Made by a program: the position numbers and the translations under genes. The notes below the pieces were generated by a model, which was not told the origin of the DNA, made no database searches, and was given only the letters and a program-made list of their open reading frames with translations. This document shows positions 24,372 to 31,747 of a stretch of DNA of 32,000 nt, in pieces (within the stretch, counting starts at the first letter, position 1; every line of letters begins with the position of its first letter). Origin of the DNA: Lachnospiraceae bacterium (GTDB lineage: Bacteria; Bacillota; Clostridia; Lachnospirales; Lachnospiraceae); the NCBI GenBank assembly GCA_902363555.1, contig CABJAM010000006.1, forward strand, positions 370,432 to 402,431, given 5' to 3'.

Positions 24372-24712
24372 GCCTTACATAGTCCGTTTACGGTTGCTTC
24401 TATGACGGAAAGCTCTTTATCGTCCAATCTGTTGAGCTGTGCGTCTAAGCGTCTGCGGACAGAACTTTTTTCGACTTCCTTATTTGGGAATATGTACTCG
24501 TCAACAGACACATCAAACATTGTCACAAGCTGAATGAATAACTCCAGACTTGGATATTGCCCCTCATTTTCGATTGCCTGCAAATGTCATGGGTCATAGT
24601 CAACAATACGGGCAAGCTGCTCTCTGGTCATACCTTGAGATGTTCTCGCTTTCTTAATTGCCTGTCCTATTGGCGTAAAATCGAAGTCAAAATGATTGTT
24701 CCTTTCGTCCAT
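24353..24712 (-). pseudogene. XRE-family HTH regulator interrupted by an in-frame TGA at codon 42
   Basis: My translation from the ATG at 24712 gives MDERNNHFDFDFTPIGQAIKKARTSQGMTREQLARIVDYDP*HLQAIENEGQYPSLELFIQLVTMF... The stop is at 24589-24587, and the same frame continues into ORF 24353-24583. Confidence 0.75.
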
Positions 24713-24844
24713 AAGCTCACCACCTATTCTCTGAAAATCTTACTCTTATATTTTACAGAGATGTGGGTTCTGATTAAACGCTGCGAAATCTCTTGATATA
24801 GGAGATTTAATATCTGCTTATGAGCGATAAAAATTCATATATAA

Positions 24845-24874
24845 AGCCGATGCACCTACAAAAGTACATCGGCT
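24845..24874 (-). terminator. Terminator of the RR-HK operon, possibly bidirectional
   Basis: Arms AGCCGATG (24845-24852) and CATCGGCT (24867-24874), with T-rich sequence after the stem on both strands. It lies 7 nt past the HK stop. Confidence 0.5.
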
Positions 24875-24880
24875 CTGTTT

Positions 24881-26278
24881 TTATGCCAGTATTGGTAATG
24901 TGAGTTTCACTGAGAAGCCACCATAGGAGCTGTGTTCAATATCGGTTCTTCCACCATGTGCGGATACAATCTGCTTTACGATAAGCAACCCTAAACCATG
25001 TCGTTGCTCGGTTGTGTTCTCGTCGCAAAGCATATAATGAGGTGTTTTGTTGAGCTTTTCTATTAACTCATCTGTTGCTCCAACACCATCATCAGAAACT
25101 ATTATAGTACAACAATCATCATCAACCGTAACGCCAATATAGATTTTGCAGCCTTGTTCATTATGATTGATACTGTTTTGAATGAGATTACTGACCGCCC
25201 GTTTTAATAAATCCTTATCAGCGTTTACAGGACATACAGTTAGGACTTCATCTGTTTGCCATTCAATTGGATATTTATCCTCAATATCCATATTGATAAA
25301 ATCAACAACGACTTGGCGAACAATAGCAATCAGATTTTGCTTTGCAGGATTTATCGGCTGCATATTGTACTCTAACTTAGAAGCGAGATTAAGGTCATTG
25401 ATTAAATTCTGCATACGCTTACTTTGTTTTACAATAACTTCCGCCTTATGGCGTTCTTCGTCAGTCAAATTTGTATCATCTTTTAGTTGACCTGCATAGC
25501 CCATAACCATAGACAGAGGAGTTCTAATGTCGTGCGAAACTCCTGCAATCCAGTTTGCTCTGGCAGTTTCCTTTTTCCTTAACTGTTGCCGCTGTTCCTG
25601 CAATATATTAGAAGTCCGATTGATATTGGCAGAAATATCAGAAAGCAGACCTTTTTCTGGAATATGAACAGGCTCTCCGATGGATAAATCTTGTATGCCT
25701 TTTGTAATCGGTTTTACAGGTTTTAAGAATTTCATATTTGCTATCACATAAATCAGCAGGATAACCGCAATATTGACAGCTAAAACAATAAAAACGATTT
25801 GTGGTAAGTGGGCAAAAAAGTTATAGTTCCAACTCGCCCTTGTATGTTTCCAAAAGCTGTCTTTAGGATAGCCAAGAACAACAATGCCATTTTCTGTTTC
25901 GCCTGTGTAAGTAGGATACCCATCGAGATACCCGACAGATAAATCAGCTATATCAGACAATGAGTAATTGGCAGGTATTGTATCAGGAACATTTTCTGTT
26001 TTCCACACGATTTGCAGGGTATCGTTATCAACAACAAATGCCCATATATTTTGTTTTTTTAATTGCGTGGAAATATCTTCCTGCAATGTATATCCGCTTT
26101 CGGATATTTGAAACGCCTTGCCTGTCTGTATTGCCACATTATATGGCGAGTCAGTAACAGATGGCGATTGCCAAGCCATAAGGAACGCTAATATAGCAAA
26201 ATTAGCAAATACCAACAGCACGAAGCTCAACAAAAGAATACCCGTAAAACGCCGTATGAGTTTAGGTAAATTGTTCAT
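24881..26278 (-). CDS. Sensor histidine kinase (two TM helices, HisKA and HATPase_c domains; 465 aa)
   Basis: ORF trimmed to MNNLPKLIRR. H-box ANWIAGVSHDIRTPLSMV, N-box LIQNSINHN, and G-boxes DDGVG and GLGLLIVKQIV. The ATG lies 1 nt after the RR stop. Confidence 0.85.
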   Translation of the reverse strand: MNNLPKLIRRFTGILLLSFVLLVFANFAILAFLMAWQSPSVTDSPYNVAIQTGKAFQISESGYTLQEDISTQLKKQNIWAFVVDNDTLQIVWKTENVPDTIPANYSLSDIADLSVGYLDGYPTYTGETENGIVVLGYPKDSFWKHTRASWNYNFFAHLPQIVFIVLAVNIAVILLIYVIANMKFLKPVKPITKGIQDLSIGEPVHIPEKGLLSDISANINRTSNILQEQRQQLRKKETARANWIAGVSHDIRTPLSMVMGYAGQLKDDTNLTDEERHKAEVIVKQSKRMQNLINDLNLASKLEYNMQPINPAKQNLIAIVRQVVVDFINMDIEDKYPIEWQTDEVLTVCPVNADKDLLKRAVSNLIQNSINHNEQGCKIYIGVTVDDDCCTIIVSDDGVGATDELIEKLNKTPHYMLCDENTTEQRHGLGLLIVKQIVSAHGGRTDIEHSSYGGFSVKLTLPILA

Positions 26279-26279
26279 G

Positions 26280-26978
26280 TTATCTGCCCTCCACAATCAG
26301 TTTGTATCCCAATCCTTTTATTGTTACCAATGAAACAGGTTGTGAGGGATTTAACTCTATTTTCTCTCTGATACGGCGGATATGTGCCATTAAAGAATTT
26401 TCATATCCGAATGGATTATCCCCCCATGCAGCTTCGCATAAGGTATCAATCGTTACAATTCGTCCTGCATTGCGGTATAAGGCAGATAACAAATCATGCT
26501 CTTTTGCGGTCAATGGAATATGCTCTCCGTTTTTTATTACTTCGGCTCGTGAAAAGTCAATTTGGCTTCCATGAAGTTTAACAAGCGGATTTTCATCTTT
26601 GTAACTTCTTCTTAAAATTGCTCTAATGCGGAATAGCAGTTCCTTTGGTAAAAATGGTTTTACAACATAATCGTCTGCCCCAAGACCGAACCCCTTGAAC
26701 TTATCATCATCTTCGCCGCAGGCAGTTAAAAATAGTACTGGATATTCACCTTTTAATTTTTCCATTAAAGAGAAGCCATCGCCGTCTGGAAGCATTACGT
26801 CAAGAATAGCAAGCTCTGGTTGAAAACTATCTGCCAAATCAAGAGCCTCTTTTACTGTTTTGGCAGTTGCTATTTGGCAAAAGCCTGCTTCTCCTAAAAT
26901 TGATACAACCATATCTAAAAGCTCCTGTTCATCATCGACAAGCAGTATGCGTTTACTCAACAAATAATCGTTGTTCAT
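26280..26978 (-). CDS. OmpR/PhoB-family response regulator (232 aa)
   Basis: ORF 26280-27203 trimmed to MNNDYLLSKRILLVDDEQELL with an AAAGGAGG RBS. Receiver motifs are DD, LAILDVMLPDGDG and K in VVKPF. The winged-helix C-terminus reads LTAKEHDLL...IRRIREKIE...IKGLGYKL. Confidence 0.9.
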   Translation of the reverse strand: MNNDYLLSKRILLVDDEQELLDMVVSILGEAGFCQIATAKTVKEALDLADSFQPELAILDVMLPDGDGFSLMEKLKGEYPVLFLTACGEDDDKFKGFGLGADDYVVKPFLPKELLFRIRAILRRSYKDENPLVKLHGSQIDFSRAEVIKNGEHIPLTAKEHDLLSALYRNAGRIVTIDTLCEAAWGDNPFGYENSLMAHIRRIREKIELNPSQPVSLVTIKGLGYKLIVEGR

Positions 26979-27045
26979 AAGACAACCTCCTTTGCAATTT
27001 ACATTATACCATAAAGCTATGAACTTTTTTAGCCCAGCAGAAAAA

Positions 27046-27064
27046 GTAAGGTAAATGTAAGGTA
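27046..27064 (+). promoter_or_regulatory. Direct repeat GTAAGGTA-n3-GTAAGGTA (11-bp spacing): candidate response-regulator box upstream of the ABC operon
   Basis: Copies at 27046-27053 and 27057-27064 sit in the divergent RR/ABC intergenic region. A weak promoter, TTGCCA (27074-27079), 17 nt, CATAAG (27097-27102), lies just downstream. Confidence 0.4.
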
Positions 27065-27122
27065 GAGAGAAGGTTGCCACAAGGTCGGTGCTGTACCATA
27101 AGGACAGAAAGGAGATGTTGCT

Positions 27123-27890
27123 ATGAACAACTATATTATCAAAACAGAGCAGCTGACAAAAAAGTACAAATCTTTTGTTGCTGTCAATGATGTTTCGCTG
27201 CATATTCGGAAAGGGAGTATTTATGGCTTCTTAGGTCCGAACGGTGCAGGAAAATCCACTACAATGAAAATGCTTTTAGGGCTTACTGCCCCGACAAAAG
27301 GCAGCTTTGAAATTGACGGTAAACAGTTCCCGAATGACCGTCTTTCTATCTTGAAAGAAGTTGGTTCTTTCATTGAGTCGCCGTCCTTTTACGCAAACTT
27401 AACAGGCAGAGAAAACTTGGATATTATAAGGCGTATTTTGGGATTGCCCCAAAGTGCTGTTGAGGACGCATTAGAATTGGTAGGTCTTTCAGAGTTTGGA
27501 AACCGCCTTGCAAAAAAATACTCATTGGGTATGAAGCAGAGATTAGGACTGGCAGGTGCGTTGCTTGGCAGACCTCCTATTTTGATTTTGGATGAGCCGA
27601 CAAATGGACTTGACCCGTCTGGCATACATGAAATCCGAAATCTGATTAAATCGTTGCCTAATCTCTATGATTGTACCGTTCTTATTTCCTCTCATATGCT
27701 GTCTGAAATTGAGCTGATGGCAGACGATATAGGAATACTCAATCATGGGCGTTTGCTTTTTGAAGGCAGTCTGGATAGCTTGCGTCAAAATGCAATACAG
27801 TCTGGATTTGCTGCTGATAATCTGGAAGATATGTTCCTAACTATGGTTGATAAGGATAATGCAGGCAGGAAGCAGAGGGCGATATTATGA
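27123..27890 (+). CDS. ABC transporter ATP-binding protein, lantibiotic/antimicrobial-peptide protection (LanF-like) type (255 aa)
   Basis: Walker A GPNGAGKST, signature YSLGMKQRL and Walker B ILILDEP. Two ABC-2-type permease genes follow. Confidence 0.9.
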   Translation: MNNYIIKTEQLTKKYKSFVAVNDVSLHIRKGSIYGFLGPNGAGKSTTMKMLLGLTAPTKGSFEIDGKQFPNDRLSILKEVGSFIESPSFYANLTGRENLDIIRRILGLPQSAVEDALELVGLSEFGNRLAKKYSLGMKQRLGLAGALLGRPPILILDEPTNGLDPSGIHEIRNLIKSLPNLYDCTVLISSHMLSEIELMADDIGILNHGRLLFEGSLDSLRQNAIQSGFAADNLEDMFLTMVDKDNAGRKQRAIL

Positions 27891-28612
27891 GGGCGTTATC
27901 TATTGAGTTGCGGAAAGAAAAAAGAACAGGCGTTATCCCGTTAATGCTTGCGGTTGGAGTTTTGGGTGCGGCATACGCACTTGTAAACTTTATTGTACGG
28001 AAAGATACGCTGCTTAATTTGCCGTTAGCTCCTATGGATGTTCTTCTTACGCAGGTTTATGGCATGATTATGGTATTAAATATGTTTGGCATTATCGTTG
28101 CTTCCTGTATCATTTATAACATGGAATTTAAGGGAAGTGCCGTGAAAAAGATGTATATGCTGCCAATGAGTGTTCCCGCTATGTATTTTTGTAAGTTTTT
28201 AATTTTGACAGTCATGCTTTTACTTGCCATAGGCTTGCAGCACTTAGCTCTTGCTAAAATTGGAATGACAGATTTGCCAGAGGGAACATTTGAACTTGGA
28301 ACGCTGCTGTCTTTTGCAGGATATTCTTTTACTACATCAATGCCCGTATTAGCTTTTATGCTTTTCGTATCCTCTCGATTTGAAAATATGTGGATACCTC
28401 TTGGCATTGGAGTGGCAGGCTTTTTAAGTGGAATGGCGTTAGCGACATCAAATATAAAATGGTTATGCGTCCATCCGTTTGTAGTTATGCTGAAGCCTGC
28501 CGTTGCGACGAACGCACAGCCAGATATGACTATTGTAATAATTGCATTGATTGAAACAGCCGTCTTGCTTTTTGCAGGATTATGGACAGCAAAAAATCTG
28601 CGTTATGAATAG
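27887..28612 (+). CDS. ABC-2-type permease, LanE/MutE-like (241 aa)
   Basis: The ATGA start overlaps the ATPase stop. About six TM helices and no soluble domain. Confidence 0.7.
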   Translation: MRALSIELRKEKRTGVIPLMLAVGVLGAAYALVNFIVRKDTLLNLPLAPMDVLLTQVYGMIMVLNMFGIIVASCIIYNMEFKGSAVKKMYMLPMSVPAMYFCKFLILTVMLLLAIGLQHLALAKIGMTDLPEGTFELGTLLSFAGYSFTTSMPVLAFMLFVSSRFENMWIPLGIGVAGFLSGMALATSNIKWLCVHPFVVMLKPAVATNAQPDMTIVIIALIETAVLLFAGLWTAKNLRYE

Positions 28613-28623
28613 GAGGTGCCGAT

Positions 28624-29388
28624 ATGAGTTTTTTGGAATTACTCAAAATTGAATTTATGAAAGTTAAGAGAGGTAAAATTGTTCCTTTGATTTTCATTGC
28701 CCCGATATTGGTAGTAGCTTCTGGTATTGCAAATCTGCAAAGCTATTTTACGCCCGAATACACCAATGCTTGGGCAGCAATGTTTATTCAAAGTGCATTA
28801 GTATACGCCTATTATTTGCTCCCATTTAGTATGATTGTTGTTTGCGTAATGCTTGCAGGACGTGAAACGGGAAACAACGGAATATTAAAAATGTTGGCGT
28901 TACCTGTTAGCCGATATGCACTTTCCGCTGCAAAATTTTGTGTGTTGCTATTCTATTTGTTCATGGAAATGGTTGTGTTTCTTGGTGTATTTGTTATTGC
29001 AGGATTGATTGCAACGAAAAGTGCAGGAATTACGGAAACATTACCCATCATGTATTTACTGAAATGGAGCGTCGGTCTGTTTCTTACCATGCTTCCGAGT
29101 GTAGCAATCATGTGGGCAATTACAGTATTGTTTAGCAAACCGCTGCTTTCTGTCGGATTGAACCTGTTGCTTGTCATTCCCAGTGTCTTAGTAGCAAACA
29201 CACCACTTTGGATTGCTTATCCCTATTGTTATAGCGGCTATTTAGTTTCGTGTTCTTTACATGATTTTAGCGTAGGAAGTGATAGTACAGCTTTTCAGCT
29301 ATTTCCGTTTTTGCCATGTGCGATTTTAATTTTTATTTTGGTACTTGTAGTGGCGGTGACACGCTTTGGAAAAAAAGAAATGAGGTAA
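28624..29388 (+). CDS. ABC-2-type permease, LanG/MutG-like (254 aa)
   Basis: GGAGGTG RBS. About six TM helices. It is the second permease of the FEG-type arrangement. Confidence 0.7.
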   Translation: MSFLELLKIEFMKVKRGKIVPLIFIAPILVVASGIANLQSYFTPEYTNAWAAMFIQSALVYAYYLLPFSMIVVCVMLAGRETGNNGILKMLALPVSRYALSAAKFCVLLFYLFMEMVVFLGVFVIAGLIATKSAGITETLPIMYLLKWSVGLFLTMLPSVAIMWAITVLFSKPLLSVGLNLLLVIPSVLVANTPLWIAYPYCYSGYLVSCSLHDFSVGSDSTAFQLFPFLPCAILIFILVLVVAVTRFGKKEMR

Positions 29389-29395
29389 TACGATT

Positions 29396-29692
29396 ATGGA
29401 AAATAAAAAATTCAAAAAACTGAGTATAGCGGCAGTTCTCATTAGTGTATTGCCGTTGGCGACTTTTATCCCATCCTTTCTGAGTATTACATTATCTGAT
29501 GGAGTGCGTTCGGTCTGGGCAGGTGTAAATATATTGTCTGTATTGATTGGGTTTGTTCTATCCGTTATTTGCGTTAAAAATCACGATAGCAGAAATGCTG
29601 TAAATATTATTGGGACGGTTATCAGTAGCCTATGGCTATTACTTATATGTGGTATTCTCGCACTTGCAGTATTCCTTAATTTTATTCAGTAG
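29396..29692 (+). CDS. Small three-TM membrane protein (98 aa)
   Basis: Starts 8 nt after the permease stop. Three hydrophobic helices. I recognise no family. Confidence 0.55.
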   Translation: MENKKFKKLSIAAVLISVLPLATFIPSFLSITLSDGVRSVWAGVNILSVLIGFVLSVICVKNHDSRNAVNIIGTVISSLWLLLICGILALAVFLNFIQ

Positions 29693-29707
29693 AGAGGTAT
29701 TCTAAAT

Positions 29708-30202
29708 ATGAGAAAAATATTTGGCTCTATAGTACTTGTATTGTGTTTGGCATTTTGCGTTGCAGGGTGCAGTTCCAATCATAATAAAGGAAATCTCAAA
29801 GATAATTTGATTGATGGGTGGGATAGCTGGATGCAATCATACAGTAAACACGCATTAACTAAAGAAAAGGATTTACAAGGTAAAAAGGAAGATGGTGTAG
29901 ATACCTATACAGGTACTTATACGGCTACCTATGATGGATTTAACGGAAAAGAATTTATTTTTGGCGGAACGTCTTTAGAGCGAGATAATGGAAATTGTCT
30001 GCAAGTAACCTATAAATTAAGCATAATTGAAGGAACGGCTGAACTGAATTGGATTACAGGCAACGACGAATATACGATTGTCAACGATTCTTCAGAAAAC
30101 ACAAAGGAATACACTATTTCGCCAGGAGATAATTATATCGTCTTGAAAGGAGAAAATTTTAGTGGCAGCCTTGAATTAACAGTTGAAGATGCTGAGGATT
30201 AG
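29708..30202 (+). CDS. Lipoprotein (164 aa)
   Basis: Signal peptide with lipobox: MRKIFGSIVLVLCLAFCVAGC|SSNHNKG. GAGAGG RBS. Confidence 0.7.
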   Translation: MRKIFGSIVLVLCLAFCVAGCSSNHNKGNLKDNLIDGWDSWMQSYSKHALTKEKDLQGKKEDGVDTYTGTYTATYDGFNGKEFIFGGTSLERDNGNCLQVTYKLSIIEGTAELNWITGNDEYTIVNDSSENTKEYTISPGDNYIVLKGENFSGSLELTVEDAED

Positions 30203-30390
30203 GAAATTTATTGTGTATGCAACTGCGGGTGTTGGCGGTGTTTTAATATGGATACTGCTGATACCCATAGGCATACTCACAATTCTAATTCAGTTTGTTT
30301 GAAAATTTACAGACCACATTATCTGTTAGGACGACAGATGAAAAAAGTATGCTGACAGATAATGAGCTGAAATAAGGAGGTGGCGAATTT

Positions 30391-30726
30391 ATGAAGAAGC
30401 TATTGCTTGTAGATGATAACAGGGATTTCTTGCAAATTCTATCGATTGCCTTAGAAAAAGATTTTGAAGTATATAAAGCAGATGGGCTAAGTCAGGCACT
30501 AAAGGTATTAGATACTGTCCCGATAAATGCAATCTGTTCTGACTTTTATATGCGGGATGGCACAGGTTTAGATTTGATAAAAGAGATACGATGCAAGAAT
30601 ATAACACTTCCATTTTTGCTTATGTCGGGGAACGATGATACCCGATTTATTGATATAGCCCGAAGTTATGATGCTTTGTTTTGCTGCAAAACGGATGACT
30701 TGCTAAGCAAAATAAAGGCATTGTAA
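30391..30726 (+). CDS. Stand-alone receiver (CheY-like REC) domain protein (111 aa)
   Basis: AAGGAGGTGG RBS. KKLLLVDDN acidic pocket, candidate phospho-acceptor Asp in ICSDFYMRDGTG, then LLMSG and a conserved Lys (CCK). No output domain is present. Confidence 0.7.
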   Translation: MKKLLLVDDNRDFLQILSIALEKDFEVYKADGLSQALKVLDTVPINAICSDFYMRDGTGLDLIKEIRCKNITLPFLLMSGNDDTRFIDIARSYDALFCCKTDDLLSKIKAL

Positions 30727-30840
30727 TTACAATGCCATAAAAGCGATTGGCTCATTTTTTCTGAAATCAATGTGCCCACCAAATAAAAAAAACAGCGTTT
30801 TGGTGGGTTGTATCTTCACGCCCAAATGAAAATAGCACTA

Positions 30841-30877
30841 CCCTCCAAGCCTGTTTGAGTTTGGAGGGATTTTTATT
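30841..30877 (+). terminator. Intrinsic terminator closing the cargo region
   Basis: CCCTCCAA (30841-30848) and TTGGAGGG (30861-30868), followed by ATTTTTATT. Confidence 0.55.
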
Positions 30878-31164
30878 GCCTGCAAGCAATAGCTTCTACT
30901 TACATATACCATATCGAAGATGGGCGGATAACCTGTTAAAAAAATCTTCGCCACCGCAAGGGGACTTTGCACTTCAAAAGTAGAAGACAAATCTCTACAT
31001 AATAGAAATAAACTCTCCCTAAACCGTAAAGGTATGACAGCCTTTGCGGTTTTTCTTTTGTCGTTTTTTGCAGGAATATGGCACAAGCCTGTTTCTGGCG
31101 TGAGATGCCGTTCTCCGCCTGCCAATCTGGATTTTTCAAAAAATTCAGATTGGAGGAAACAGGA

Positions 31165-31593
31165 ATGTCATTCAACTATGGCAGAGAAGAAAAGAAATGG
31201 CGGCTCTGGAAAGAAGCCGAGGAAAAGCAGCTACGGAGCTTGGGTGTCAGTGAGGATACCATTGAAAAGCTCCATACCCACGATTGGGCAGTCTTTAATT
31301 CTGACAGGCGGTATTACCGCAGATTGCAGGACGCAGGTACATACCTTGAGGAATTTGCCGAGGAAACAGCACAGCCCGAAGTGAAAACTGTTGAGGATTT
31401 TTTAGACAGCATTGAAAATCAGCGGCTCTATCAAATCCTTATCATGGTGGACAGGCTTACCCTGCAAATTGTTGTGATGAAGATACAAGGTTATTCTACC
31501 CATGAAATTGCATTACGGCTCAACACTACCGAAAAGGCTGTTTACAGAAGAATGGACAGGCTTAAAGAAAAATTGAAAAAGTTTTTTGAGTAG
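31165..31593 (+). CDS. ICE regulatory protein with a sigma-70 region-4-like HTH C-terminus (142 aa)
   Basis: ORF 31078-31593 trimmed to MSFNYGREEKKWRLWKEAEEKQL with a GGAGGAAACAGG RBS. The C-terminus LTLQIVVMKIQGYSTHEIALRLNTTEKAVYRRMDRLKEKL resembles sigma region 4. Confidence 0.65.
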   Translation: MSFNYGREEKKWRLWKEAEEKQLRSLGVSEDTIEKLHTHDWAVFNSDRRYYRRLQDAGTYLEEFAEETAQPEVKTVEDFLDSIENQRLYQILIMVDRLTLQIVVMKIQGYSTHEIALRLNTTEKAVYRRMDRLKEKLKKFFE

Positions 31594-31747
31594 AGGGGAA
31601 AATCGAGGTTTCCCAAGGACTATGGGGTGTAAGGCAAAAAAGCCTTCGCCCCATTTTCCTTTGTGTGGCGAAAACGGGGACAGCTCCTTGACAACCGAAT
31701 AATCATTCGCCAAATACTTCCTCTTTGTGATTGTGATGAGCATAAGC

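Larger units (their letters stand above)
6847..31593 (+). mobile_element. Conjugative element B: relaxase/T4SS backbone on the plus strand carrying two lower-GC cargo insertions
   Basis: Co-oriented Toprim, MobC, relaxase, TraG, Maff2, TrbL-like, PrgI-like, VirB4, sortase and hydrolase genes with short or overlapping junctions. The true ends of the element are not visible in the window. Confidence 0.55.

Noticed and set aside
24375-24381. TACATAG heptamer at the left edge of the large cargo region as a fourth core-repeat copy
   Set aside because: Only 7-8 of 12 positions match, it lies inside the XRE coding sequence, and a 7-mer is expected several times by chance in 32 kb.
24587-24589. In-frame TGA in the XRE gene as evidence for an alternative genetic code or selenocysteine
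   Set aside because: Several well-supported genes in the same window terminate at TGA. I saw no SECIS-like context, and an Arg CGA-to-TGA point mutation explains the stop.
26979-27203. 75-codon N-terminal extension of the response-regulator ORF (ORF track 26280-27203)
   Set aside because: The extension runs through the divergent promoter region and overlaps the ABC ATPase start. A strong RBS and a canonical REC N-terminus begin at the ATG at 26978.
30775-30807. Hairpin CCCACCAAA / TTTGGTGGG after the orphan REC gene as a terminator
   Set aside because: The loop is 15 nt and A-rich, and no clear T-run follows. The hairpin at 30841-30877 is a much better terminator.
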